Shown here one piece after another: positions 20,671 to 30,830 of a stretch of 64,000 nt of DNA. The DNA lies in contig OZ250165.1 of assembly GCA_965238005.1 (NCBI GenBank), forward strand, positions 3,648,001-3,712,000, given 5' to 3'. The DNA comes from Longimicrobiales bacterium. Lineage in GTDB: Bacteria; Gemmatimonadota; Gemmatimonadetes; Longimicrobiales; Gaopeijiaceae. The position numbers and the translations under genes are program-made. The first letter of the stretch is position 1. Each line of letters opens with the position of its first letter. The notes under the pieces are model-generated. The model searched no databases and was not told the origin of the DNA. It was given only the letters and a program-made list of their open reading frames with translations.

Positions 20671-23178
20671 TTAGCGCATCTGTTCCACGACGGTCTTGAC
20701 GACGATCGCGTCGTCGCCGAGGTCGGGCCTCGCGCCGGCAGCCGGCTCGGCGTCGGCGGAGGACATGCGCACGGGGGCAGCGGCGTTGTGTTCCCACATG
20801 CGCTCGACGGTGCGCGCGGCGATGCGGGCGTGAGCCACCGGCGAGTTCAGTACCAGATCGAGCAGGTCCCGGTTCTCGACATTGTGCTGCTGGTGCGCCC
20901 ACAAGGCCTCGAGCAGGTGGTGGGCGTGGTCGGGTTTACTGGGGTCCCACTGGGCCATCCACCCTTCGGTTTCGCTGATGACTTCGGCGGTCGGCCGCTC
21001 CGACAGCTCGACCCGTGCGCGCTGGCGGACGCCGTTGACCGGATGCTGGAGTGCCGTGAGAAGGACCGGGATCGGCTGCCCGTCCAGCTCCACGTGCGCC
21101 TGGAGAGGCCGGTCCGGCGCCGAGATTCGATAGATGCGTCCGTGCGTGTGATCGCGGGCCGGGTCGCGAATGTTGTGCTGCATGTGCCCGATGATGGCGT
21201 TGGCCCAGTCTGCCACGTAGAGGGCGCCATCGTCCCCGATCTCGAAATCGGTGGGACGGAAGTTGGGGTCCGACGAGGCGAGGAGGTCCGCGGCTTCGGT
21301 GCCGGTAACGTCTCCGGTCACCTCATTGAAGTCCAGCGTGTACTGCTTGATTCCAAGGAACGCGATCACGTTCAGAATGATGAAGTTGCCTTCCATTCTC
21401 GGCGGTAGGTGGGCGCTGGAAATGATGCCGCTGGACGGCACCGGTCTGACGGTGTGTTCCAGGAGGCTTCGCATCTCGAACGTGCCATCCCGATTCGGCC
21501 TGACCTGGAAGGCCGCGCCGCCGGTGGCGTCTGTCGCGTAGTGATAGCCCCAGTAGTCGAAGCTGATGCCGTGGGGATTGGGGGGGTTGGGGGCATGGAA
21601 GCTGAATTCGCGCGTGCGCGGATTGAACCGGTACATGCCCGACACGCCGGACTCCTGGTTCGTCGTCCAGGGGGACTCGACGTTCGAGACGTTGAAGATC
21701 CCGCGCTGGTAGTAGAGGAAACCGTCCGGTCCGTAGACGAAATTGTTGGCCGAATGGTGTGTGTCCGCCGAGCCCAGGCCGCCCATGATCCGGATTCGGA
21801 CGTCCGCGACGTCGTCGCCGTCCGTGTCCTTGAGAAACAACAGGTCCGGGACGGAGGCCACGATCACGCCTCCGTTCCAGAATTCGAAGCCGGTTGGGTT
21901 TTGTACGTAGGCAAACGTGACGGCGCGGTCGGCGACGCCGTCCCGGTCGTCGTCCGGCAGGATGAGGAGCCGGTCGTTCATTTCACCGGTCGGCTCCCAC
22001 TTCGGGTAGGTGCCCCACGTCGCGGCCCACAGACGGCCACGGGTGTCCACGCCGAGCTGTACGGGATTCACGAGCTCCGGAAACATCTCTTCGGAGGCGA
22101 AGACGTTAGCACTGAGTCCGGGCTCCAGGCGCATCTGGGCGATCCCCTGCTCGGCGGTCAGAAAGTCGAGCGTGCCGAGCTTGCTGAAGCCGCCCTGTTC
22201 CTGCGGCTCGTCGAGGTTCGAGACAACCTCGACCGGTGCGGGGACGTTGGAGTCGTCCGGTTGAATCGATTCTCCGTTGGCCGCCGCCCAGATGACGCGG
22301 TCCCGGTTCGCCGTCAAGCGATCGAACTGGACTAGCTCCTGTTGCAGGACGTCGTAGTTCGTCTGGCCGTCAGTGAATGCGAGCGTAGACCGGGTGCCCC
22401 AGATGTCGTTGCCGTCCGTGGCCCGATAGCGGTTGAACCAGTGGCGGTTCTTGTCGAGCACGGCGGTTCGGATCGCGTCGATCGTACCCGGGTCGGTGGG
22501 GGGGGTGCGGCCCGTCACTTCGCGTACGATGACTTCGGCGATCTGCCTGTTGCCGACTTCGCCGAGATGTACGCCGTCGATGGTCAACGGCTCCTTGGCG
22601 GCCTCGAATAACCGCTGGGACGCGGTGTACAGGTCGACGTAACCGACGCCCAGTTCGCCGGCGACCGATTCGGTGGCGTCGGCGTAGCGAGCGAGGCGCG
22701 CGTTGTTCTCGCTTCCGTCCGGGAAGTTGGGGTCGTTCAGGTTCTCGTGCGCGATGGGTGAGAAGAGCACGACGTCGGGCGGCCCGTGGCCCGAGTAGTC
22801 CTGGGCCCGCGTGTGGGTGATCCACTTCGTCAGCGCGACACCGTAGGCGGCCGGGTCCTCATCGTAGGACTCGTTGTAGCCGAACATCGCGAAGATCACG
22901 GTGGCCTGTGAGAGCCCGAGGTAGTCGTCCGGAGAAGGGAAGCCCTCACTTCGTGGACGATGATCGACGCGGTCGCCCGTGAAGCCATGATTGCGAATCA
23001 CCAGCTCATGCTCCGGCAAGGCCGCGTGCATATACGCTTCCAGCCAGCCGTGGTGCTGCATGCGGTCGGCGAGCGCGTTGCCGACGAGGACGATGTGCGC
23101 TCCAGGCTCCAGCTCGACGGCCGGTGGCGTGCAAGCGTTTACGAGGAGTGGCAGGGTCAACAGAATCGGTCTCTTCAT
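20671..23178 (-). pseudogene. PVC-type membrane-bound dehydrogenase-like lipoprotein (SGNH domain + beta-propeller + HEAT), C-terminally truncated
   Basis: GNALADRM, FASEEMFPELVNPVQ, DTDGDDVAD, FRPTD, HGRIYRI; TAA interrupts VEQMR*DVPAFTVTAG at the start of a cupredoxin domain. Confidence 0.75.
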
Positions 23179-24254
23179 CGATCGAGTGCTCCATCCAGAC
23201 CCGCGGAGCCCGTTGAGGTCGGTCTGTCGGGTGACATGATGGGAGAGTCGAAACTCGCGAGGTCGGCCGGGCGGACGCCGCGTCGGTATCCGTCGAAGCT
23301 GAACCCAACTGGGTGGTACGGGCCGACCAGCGAGACGTCGTCGTCACGCCGGATTTCGTCCTCCAGGCCCATGGTCCACAGGACGGCGTTGATCAGCATC
23401 CGTCGGAAGCCGTCGTTCAGGAAATCCTCCGAGGCGCCGTGGGTGGACGTGAACACCCGCGCCGGGTTTCCGCTCGCGCCGGTATAGATGCGGGTCCAGG
23501 CCACCGGGAGCGTCTCTTTGTCCGGGTCTGGCGGTGCACCGAACTCCATTCCGTTCAGAACCAGACCAGCAGCGAGGACATCCGCGTCGTCCGGGGGATA
23601 CGCCTGGTAACCGCCGGACTGCACGTGCATGTCGTCGACGCCCCGCAGGATCGGATGGTCGAGCCGTGCCTCGACCGGTATCACGCGTGAGCTCTGCTCG
23701 TGGTTCGTCCCGTAGTGTCCGACCCAGGTCTCGCCCAGGACCTGTTCCCCGAATCCCTGCAAATACTCCTCTCCGTCGTAGTTCCATGAGTACTTCACGA
23801 AGGGGCCGTCGTCGATCTGGAACGCATGGGTCGCGGTGCGCAGACCCATGACAGGACCACCCCGATCGAGGTAGTCGACGATGTGCTGCATCTCCGCGGC
23901 GGGGAAGTCCTGGAACCGAAGCGCCACCACCATGAGATCCGCCGTTTCCAGCGCCTCCAGTCCGGCGATGTTCGAGCTGCCCGGTTCGATGAATCCTTCG
24001 TCGTCCAGGGTGAAGAACACACTGGCCTTGAAACCGTATCGTTGCGCGAGAATCCGACCCATGGCCGGCAGGAGCTCTTCCGATCGGTATTCGTGGTCGC
24101 CGGAGATCAGTACCACGTGCTTGCCCGCTCCCGGGCCGGACGTGCCGTCGAACGTCACGCGGTAGGGATTGTCATCTGGGGGTCCAGGGATGCCCCCGGG
24201 GGCGCAGGCCAAGGCGGCCACGGCGCAAGCCGCGACCCAGAGTCGGACGTCCAT
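23175..24254 (-). CDS. ThuA-like domain lipoprotein
   Basis: Lipobox ALAC; HVVLISGDHEYRSEE, GLRTATHAF, PVAWTR, FRRMLINA; 4-bp overlap with the downstream gene. Confidence 0.8.
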   Translation of the reverse strand: MDVRLWVAACAVAALACAPGGIPGPPDDNPYRVTFDGTSGPGAGKHVVLISGDHEYRSEELLPAMGRILAQRYGFKASVFFTLDDEGFIEPGSSNIAGLEALETADLMVVALRFQDFPAAEMQHIVDYLDRGGPVMGLRTATHAFQIDDGPFVKYSWNYDGEEYLQGFGEQVLGETWVGHYGTNHEQSSRVIPVEARLDHPILRGVDDMHVQSGGYQAYPPDDADVLAAGLVLNGMEFGAPPDPDKETLPVAWTRIYTGASGNPARVFTSTHGASEDFLNDGFRRMLINAVLWTMGLEDEIRRDDDVSLVGPYHPVGFSFDGYRRGVRPADLASFDSPIMSPDRPTSTGSAGLDGALDR

Positions 24255-24385
24255 GGAGCCTCCGTTCCCGTGGTGGTCGAGGGTGTCGCGCCAGGGCGCC
24301 CCACCATTATGCCCGCCGGGAGGGATTTGTACCAGTTGCGGGGGTGATACCTGTCGGAGCCGTGACGGAGCACGGTGCCGTCATC

Positions 24386-24421
24386 CCCGTGCGCTCGTTC
24401 TCGCCCGTGCGCTCGTTCTCG
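24386..24421. repeat. Perfect 18-bp tandem duplication CCCGTGCGCTCGTTCTCG x2
   Basis: Seen directly, just before the kinase remnant. Confidence 0.9.
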
Positions 24422-24426
24422 AAAAG

Positions 24427-24540
24427 GGCGTCTGACCGAGACCGGACTCGGCGTCGGTACACCACGCTACATGAGTCCCGAGCAGGCGACGGGTGATCAG
24501 CACGTCTTCTGGTTCACCGATGATCGGTTTTTGGACACCA
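24427..24540 (+). pseudogene. Ser/Thr protein kinase remnant (activation/P+1 loop)
   Basis: GRLTETGLGVGTPRYMSPEQATGD; the rest of the kinase is absent. Confidence 0.75.
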
Positions 24541-24739
24541 ACCTGAGGTCAGTGACTCGTGGTCCCCGAGGTGGCGTCCTCCACGTGTAGGGCGACGACG
24601 GCGAGCACGACGTCGTCCCTCCGCGTCATTCCGAACTGGTTTGTATCGAAGCGAAAAAACAACTCAAAAAACAACGACCCCGTAGCCCGCATAGGCCCCG
24701 TGGTCGTCCAAGTGCTTGCAGCACAGCGTACTACGACAG

Positions 24740-24784
24740 TGAGCCGGGTGGGTCTCGAACCCACGACCTACGAATTAAAGTCCG
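24740..24784 (-). repeat. Degenerate copy of tRNA-Lys 3' half (att site remnant, inner)
   Basis: Matches 32702-32747 with one substitution and a 1-nt deletion. Confidence 0.92.
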
Positions 24785-25063
24785 ATCGCCTCCATGTAGA
24801 GCGCATGGCCGAGCACGAAGTGGATCTGCTCGCGCGAGCACAGAGATCAGCGAGCCAGTACCGGCAGAAGATGCACTCGCTGCCCACGACGAGGGTCCGA
24901 GCGGTAAGGCTCGAGCGCGCGAAAGCAGTGCCTCGCCCTCACAGCGTAGCCTCTTGTGAAGCCGTATCTTGCCCTGCGAGTCCAGGACGCACAGGTAGAG
25001 CGTGCGAGCGTGAAGGTCGATGCCGCAGTAGTATCTGGCGCGGTCAGCATCGTAGTGGCACAC
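24785..25063 (-). pseudogene. IS110-family transposase N-terminal remnant, frameshifted
   Basis: YYCGIDLHARTLYLCVLD, then in other frames LEPYR and ECIFCRYWLADLCAREQIHFVLGHALYMEAI. Confidence 0.85.
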
Positions 25064-25133
25064 TGCGTGTGCTGCATGCATCGTGGCGCGCAGCATCAGA
25101 AATGCAGAATCGGTAGGTAGCGCAGGAGGACAC

Positions 25134-27152
25134 ATGACCCGGACGATCGCAACTCTTCTGACCGTGGTGTGCCTGGTAGCGTCGACCGCAGATGCGGAAG
25201 TCGTGCGGATCGAAGTGCGGTACAGGGTGGATCTGGCCGGCGGCAAGTGGTTCGGATTGGCCGGGCCGTACGAAAAACTGATCGGCACGATCTACTTCAC
25301 CGTCGACCCTGACAATTCGGCCAACCGGATCATCACCGACATCGCGCTCGCGCCCAGGAATGCCGACGGCCTGGTCGAGTTTCACTCCGACTTCTTTTTG
25401 ATCAAGCCCAAGTATGTGGAGCGCGGTAACGGCACGGTTCTGTACGAAGTGTCGAACCGCGGAGGGAAGGCGATGCTGCGCTACTTCAATCGCGGCGCCG
25501 GGAGCCTGGACCCGCAGACCGAAGAAGAGATGGGCGACGGCCTCCTCCTGCGCAACGGTTTCACGCTGCTCTGGCTGGGCTGGCAGTTCGACCCGCCGGA
25601 TCGGGACGGGCTCGTGCGGCTGTACACCCCCGTGGCAACCGACGGAGCGACCGCGATCGAGGGGCTGGTCCGAAGCGAAGTCGTCGTGCTGGAACGGGAG
25701 TTCGACCGATCCCTGGCAGACCGGAACCATGTCGCCTACGCGGTCGCCGACCCATCCAATCCGGCGAACATGATGACGGTGCGGGATGCGGTGGGCGGAC
25801 GGCGCAGCGTGGTTCCCCGGAGTCAGTGGAGGTTCGCTCGCCTGGAGAACGGGCAGGTCGTGCCGGACCGGACCCGCGTCTACCTGGAGGGCGGATTCGA
25901 ACCCCACAAGCTCTACGACATCGTCTACACGGCACAGGATCCGCCGGTAGTCGGCCTGGGTCCGGCAGCCATCCGCGACGTGGTGTCCCGGCTCAAGTAT
26001 GGCGCCGCGGAAGAGCTATCCATCCCGGCCGGCGCCATCGACCGCGCGCTGGCGTTCGGGATCTCGCAGAGCGGCCGGTTCCTGCGGACGTTCCTGTTCT
26101 ACGGATTCAACGAAACCGAGGAGCACCGCAAGGCGTTCGACGGCGTCATCTCGCACGTCGCCGGTGGCGGCCGCGGCAGCTTCAACCACCGGTTCGCCCA
26201 GCCGTCCCGCGACGGCCATCCGTACCTGAACAAGCTGTACCCGACCGACATCTTCCCGTTCACGGACGTCGAGCAGACCGACCAGGAGACCGGTATCCGG
26301 GATGGGCTGCTGGCCCGCGTGGATCCGGCATTCATGCCCAAGATCTTCTACACGAACTCGTCGTACGAGTACTGGGGACGCGCGGCGTCGCTGATCCATA
26401 CGACCATCGATGGCACGCAAGACAGTCCGCTGATGGAGAACGTGCGCATCTATTCCTTTGCCGGCGGGCAGCACGGCCCGGGCAGCTTCCCACCGGTGCA
26501 ACAGAGCGGGCAGCAGCTGAGCAACCCCAACGACTATTCTTGGTTCATGCGTAGCCTGTTGCTGGCCATGAACCGCTGGGCCGACGACGACTCACCGCCG
26601 CCTGCGAGCAACTACCCGCGGATCAGCGACGGCGATCTGGTGCTCCCCGAACGGCTGGACTTCCCGCAGCTGCCGGGCGTGGGCCCGCCCGGCGCACCGC
26701 ACAAGGCCTACCGGGTGGACTACGGTCCTGAGTTTGCCACGAAAGGCATCGTCACGATCGAGCCACCGGAGGTAGCATCGGCGTTTCCGATCATGGTTCC
26801 GCAGGTCGATGCCGACGGCAACGAAACGGGTGGCTTGAAGATGCCGAGCGTCGCGGTGCCGCTGGCCACCTACACCGGGTGGAATCTGTTCCGGTCCGAG
26901 TTTGGACCCGAGGACGTGCTATCCACCACGCAGGGGTCCTATATTCCGTTCCCGCGAACCACCGTCGACCGGCAGCAGAGCCGCGATCCGAGACGTGCCA
27001 TCGAGGAACGCTATCGCAGCCGCGAGCAGTACATGGGCCTCGTGTCGGAAGCGGCGCTCCGACTCATCGACGAAGGCTACCTACTCGCCGAAGACCTGGC
27101 GCCAATTCTGGGCCGGGCCAGCGAGCATTGGGATTACTTGATGGACTCGTGA
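25134..27152 (+). CDS. Exported alpha/beta hydrolase domain protein
   Basis: AGGAGG RBS; signal peptide; GISQSGR nucleophile elbow, EYWGRAASL, PQVDADGNE. Confidence 0.78.
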   Translation: MTRTIATLLTVVCLVASTADAEVVRIEVRYRVDLAGGKWFGLAGPYEKLIGTIYFTVDPDNSANRIITDIALAPRNADGLVEFHSDFFLIKPKYVERGNGTVLYEVSNRGGKAMLRYFNRGAGSLDPQTEEEMGDGLLLRNGFTLLWLGWQFDPPDRDGLVRLYTPVATDGATAIEGLVRSEVVVLEREFDRSLADRNHVAYAVADPSNPANMMTVRDAVGGRRSVVPRSQWRFARLENGQVVPDRTRVYLEGGFEPHKLYDIVYTAQDPPVVGLGPAAIRDVVSRLKYGAAEELSIPAGAIDRALAFGISQSGRFLRTFLFYGFNETEEHRKAFDGVISHVAGGGRGSFNHRFAQPSRDGHPYLNKLYPTDIFPFTDVEQTDQETGIRDGLLARVDPAFMPKIFYTNSSYEYWGRAASLIHTTIDGTQDSPLMENVRIYSFAGGQHGPGSFPPVQQSGQQLSNPNDYSWFMRSLLLAMNRWADDDSPPPASNYPRISDGDLVLPERLDFPQLPGVGPPGAPHKAYRVDYGPEFATKGIVTIEPPEVASAFPIMVPQVDADGNETGGLKMPSVAVPLATYTGWNLFRSEFGPEDVLSTTQGSYIPFPRTTVDRQQSRDPRRAIEERYRSREQYMGLVSEAALRLIDEGYLLAEDLAPILGRASEHWDYLMDS

Positions 27153-28174
27153 CGCCCGCCGCGGGCCATCAGGTCGCCTGAGTCCCTGCTCTGCCGCCCA
27201 GTGCCGACCAGTGCCCGCCCGGGGGATCCGGTCTCCGCGATCCTGGTGGTGGCGGCCACCAGTTCCCGGGTAATGCCCGGTTCGTGGGACGAGTGACCAG
27301 CATCCGGGACGATGACCGCATCCAGCTCGGGCCAGGCGTGGCACAGGTCGTCGAGGTTCTTCACCGGGCAGACCAGGTCGTAGCGGCCGTGCACCGCGAA
27401 GGCCGGGATCGAGCGCAGGCGATCGACCCGGTCGAGGAGCAGGGTGTCAGGCTGGAAACGGACGTTGCGGAAGTAGTGGGCTTCCAGGCGGGCCAGATTC
27501 CAGGCCATCTCCGGCTCACCGAAGACGTCGCTGAACTCCGGGTTGGGCAGGAGGGTGCAGCAGGACCCCTCGTAGATCGACCAGGCCTTGGCCGCCGCCA
27601 GGCCGGCCTCCCGGTCTTCACCGTCGAGTCGCTTCCAGAACGCCTCCAGCAGATCGTCCCGTTCGTTCTCCGGGATCGGCTCGACGAACTGCCGCCACAG
27701 CTCGGGCTGGATCTTGCCCATCTCGTACAGCCACCAGTGGATCTCCTCGTCCCGCAGCATCCAGATGCCACGGAGCACCAGGCTCCGGACCCGGTCCGGA
27801 TGCTGCTCGGCGTAGTCCATTGCCAGCGAGCTGCCCCAGGAGCCGCCGAACACGTGCCAGGTGTCGATCTCCAGCTCTTCCCGGAGCTGCTCCATGTCGG
27901 CCACCAGGTGGGCGGGAGAGTTGTCCTTCAGCTCGCCCGCCGGCGTGGACCGACCGCAACCGCGCTGGTCGAACAGCACCGTGCGGAACCGATCCGGGGC
28001 AAAGAAGCGCCGGTCAGTGGTGGTGCAACCGGCACCGGGGCCACCATGGACGAACAGCATCGGCAGACCGTCCGGCGTGCCGCACTCCTCGTAATAGAGA
28101 GTGTGCAGGTCATCGATCTGCAGCCGACCGGTCCGGTACGGCTCGATCTCCGGGTGGAAGTGTCCGTTGGGCAT
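27134..28174 (-). CDS. pip: Proline iminopeptidase
   Basis: HGGPGAG, DQRGCGRS, GGSWGS, GRYDLVCP, AGHSSHEP. Confidence 0.92.
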   Translation of the reverse strand: MPNGHFHPEIEPYRTGRLQIDDLHTLYYEECGTPDGLPMLFVHGGPGAGCTTTDRRFFAPDRFRTVLFDQRGCGRSTPAGELKDNSPAHLVADMEQLREELEIDTWHVFGGSWGSSLAMDYAEQHPDRVRSLVLRGIWMLRDEEIHWWLYEMGKIQPELWRQFVEPIPENERDDLLEAFWKRLDGEDREAGLAAAKAWSIYEGSCCTLLPNPEFSDVFGEPEMAWNLARLEAHYFRNVRFQPDTLLLDRVDRLRSIPAFAVHGRYDLVCPVKNLDDLCHAWPELDAVIVPDAGHSSHEPGITRELVAATTRIAETGSPGRALVGTGRQSRDSGDLMARGGRHESIK

Positions 28175-28443
28175 GTCTGCTCCCTCCTCTGCTCCCTCCT
28201 CTGCTGCCTCGTCTGTCCCTCTGTCCGCTCCGACGGTCCGGAGCCGCACGGTAGCCGGCGAATCGCCCGCTCGCCACTCTCCCCCCGGTCGGCCTGCGGA
28301 CCGAGGAGCACGCTGCGGTTGAGGCCTTATCAGGTGATGATCGATGAAACGGAAGGGTGGACAGAGATCGATATGGTCGAGGAATTCGAGGAGTGGGCCA
28401 AGAAAATCGCCCAAGACTTCGAGGCGGACCTGCGCGCCAGGAA

Positions 28444-30792
28444 CTAGCGTCGGCGTGCTTCACCCTCCAGCTCCGCGATGAGCCGTCGGGCCTCCTCGTC
28501 ACCCGGTCTGAGCTCTAGGAGGTCTCTCGCGTAGCCGAGCGCCCGCTCCAAGAGACCTGCGTCCCGGCTGATGGTTGCCAGGGCGAAGCGCGCGTCCCGG
28601 TAACTCGGATGGCGTTCGACAGTCTGATCGAGAACGGCCAGGGCGCCGCCGGTATCGCCGGTGGTGTGGAGCGCCACTGCATAGACGTAGGCGTAGCGGG
28701 GCCGGTCTCCGCCTAAGGTGGCCGCCTGCTCCAACCATGCCAGCCCCTCGGGGATGCGATCCAGACGGACCATCAGGAGGCCGAGCGCGTGCCTGAGATC
28801 AGCCGCCTCGGGAGCCAGAGCCATACCCTCTCTCAGCAGTTGCTCGCCCTCTGGGTCCCGCCCCGTGACGCGGTAGAGGTCGGAGAGGTTTACGTAGGCG
28901 GGGGTGAAGGACGGCTGGAGCCGGAGAGCGGTCCGGTACTCCCTCTCCGCTGTGACCGCATCTCCCCGCTGCGCGGCTAGCCAGCCGAGATTTGCGTGTG
29001 CTTCCGCCCTGTCTCTGTTTACGGCCTGGGCCGCGCGGTATTCCTCAAAGCCACGCTCCACGGCCATCCGACTGCCGGGCGGAATCATCTGAGTGCGGAC
29101 CGGCGCGAGATCGCGCGCGGCCTGGAGCCTTACCGCCAAAATCGGATCGTCCAACAGCGGAACCGCGAGTTCCGCCTTGACGGCCGGACCGAAGCCCTCC
29201 AAGCCCTGCAGTGCGCCGAGTCGGACGAGTGGATCCGCGTGGGAGAGCTGGCGACGCAACGCAGCCAGGACAGAGGGGTTTGCTGACGGTGGAAGCAGAG
29301 AGAGCGCCGTGGCGCGTGCGATCCCCGGCGCGCTGGGATCTTCAGCGAGAGAGGCGAGTGCGTCCTGGGCGGCAACAGGATCGCTTCGTGCGGCCGCAAT
29401 CACCCGACCGAAGTGCGTGGTGTCCGGCCGGCCGAAACGGGCGGCGAGGATCTCCGCCGCCGCCGTTGGGCTCATCGCCTGGTGGCATCCGGTGCACGGG
29501 TTCGGGACCCCTAGCTCCGCCGACAGATCCGGGCGGGGCACCCGAAAGCCGTGATCCCTGCGGGGATCGACGACCATGTAGGTGCGAGCCGGCATGTGAC
29601 ACGAGACACACTCCGCTCCGGCCGATTCCCGGTTGGCCGGTGCCTGGCCAGCCGAGCCCGGCTCGTGGAAGTGGTGGTCCGGCGTGTCGAACCGTACACC
29701 TTGGTGGCAACGGGTACAGAGTGCGTTACCGGACGCCGTGAGCTCGAGCGAGTGCGGCTCGTGGCAGTCCTCGCACCCGACTCCGGCGCGGTACATAGCG
29801 CTCTGCACGAACGAGCCCCAGACGTAAACCTCCCCATCGATCTGTCCGTCTGTGAAGTACAGGCCCTCCTCGAGCAGCGCCGGCTGATGCGTGTCGAGGA
29901 GCGAGCCGCCGTCGTAGGCAAAGCGCTCGGCCAGGGGAGTCCTGCGGCTGTGGCAATACTCGCAGCTACGGAGCTGCGCACGATCGACCGGCGTCGGCTG
30001 GGGGCGCACCGTACCCGTCTCCATATCCATAACCCAGCGTTTCTCTCCAGCCGCTCCGAGCCGGAGGGCGAACGCCCGGTCCTCCGCGGTCCGCTCTCCC
30101 CGCCGCGTCGCCTCCGCCCAGCGGAGGTGCTCGGATGCCGGTCCGTGGCACGCCTCACAGGAGACGTCGATCTCTGCCCAGGTCGTCCCGTAGCGGTCCT
30201 CCTCGAGAGAGTAACCTTTGCGCACGCCGGTCGAATGACACTCGGCGCACATGAAGTTCCAGCTCTGGTCCGAACCGGTCCAGTGAAGGGGGTCGCCGGG
30301 AGGGACCGGCGCCCCGGCATGAAGATCGAACCAGCGCTGGCCTCCCTCTTCCCGCAGGCGGGAATCCCACGCGATGGTCAGTGCCTGATAGCGGCCCGAC
30401 CCGTATTCAACCAGGTATTGCTGAAGGGGAGACACCCCGAAGGTATAGGCGACCCGATACTCCCCAGGAACGCCATTCGGACCTTCGGTCCGCACCCAGT
30501 ATTCCTCCTCCCTCCGGAAGAAGGTCGAGCTCACGCCGGAAAGAGTGCGGGCCGGACCGTCGAAGTCTCCCAACACCGTTCCAGCCTCCGCCACCTGCAT
30601 CGCCAAGTCGTGGTGTGACCCCTCCCAGAGCTCCATTTGAGGCTGATGGCAGCGGGCGCACCGCTCCCGGCCCACATAGGTCGCATCTGCAGTGGCGGCG
30701 CTACTCCCCGTCCCCGCATCCCCACCACATGCGGCGAGCCCGCACAGTAGGGTGAACGACAGTGCAGAGCAGCATCGCAGCTCAAGCCGCAT
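28444..30792 (-). CDS. Multiheme c-type cytochrome lipoprotein with HEAT and TPR repeats
   Basis: Eight CxxCH motifs (CARCH, CAECH, CEACH, CEYCH, CEDCH, CTRCH, CVSCH, CTGCH); lipobox LAAC; C-terminal TPRs. Confidence 0.88.
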   Translation of the reverse strand: MRLELRCCSALSFTLLCGLAACGGDAGTGSSAATADATYVGRERCARCHQPQMELWEGSHHDLAMQVAEAGTVLGDFDGPARTLSGVSSTFFRREEEYWVRTEGPNGVPGEYRVAYTFGVSPLQQYLVEYGSGRYQALTIAWDSRLREEGGQRWFDLHAGAPVPPGDPLHWTGSDQSWNFMCAECHSTGVRKGYSLEEDRYGTTWAEIDVSCEACHGPASEHLRWAEATRRGERTAEDRAFALRLGAAGEKRWVMDMETGTVRPQPTPVDRAQLRSCEYCHSRRTPLAERFAYDGGSLLDTHQPALLEEGLYFTDGQIDGEVYVWGSFVQSAMYRAGVGCEDCHEPHSLELTASGNALCTRCHQGVRFDTPDHHFHEPGSAGQAPANRESAGAECVSCHMPARTYMVVDPRRDHGFRVPRPDLSAELGVPNPCTGCHQAMSPTAAAEILAARFGRPDTTHFGRVIAAARSDPVAAQDALASLAEDPSAPGIARATALSLLPPSANPSVLAALRRQLSHADPLVRLGALQGLEGFGPAVKAELAVPLLDDPILAVRLQAARDLAPVRTQMIPPGSRMAVERGFEEYRAAQAVNRDRAEAHANLGWLAAQRGDAVTAEREYRTALRLQPSFTPAYVNLSDLYRVTGRDPEGEQLLREGMALAPEAADLRHALGLLMVRLDRIPEGLAWLEQAATLGGDRPRYAYVYAVALHTTGDTGGALAVLDQTVERHPSYRDARFALATISRDAGLLERALGYARDLLELRPGDEEARRLIAELEGEARRR

Positions 30793-30830
30793 GGTGAGTG
30801 TAGTGTTGCCGGAATTTCTGGGGCACGACG

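Larger units (their letters stand above)
14411..24739. mobile_element. Decayed genomic island 2 (about 10.3 kb) between two tRNA-Lys att copies
   Basis: Flanked by direct tRNA 3' repeats, contains several gene remnants; no integrase present. Confidence 0.65.

Noticed and set aside
14365..24784. tRNA-like copies as functional tRNAs
   Set aside because: They lack the D-arm and the 5' acceptor strand
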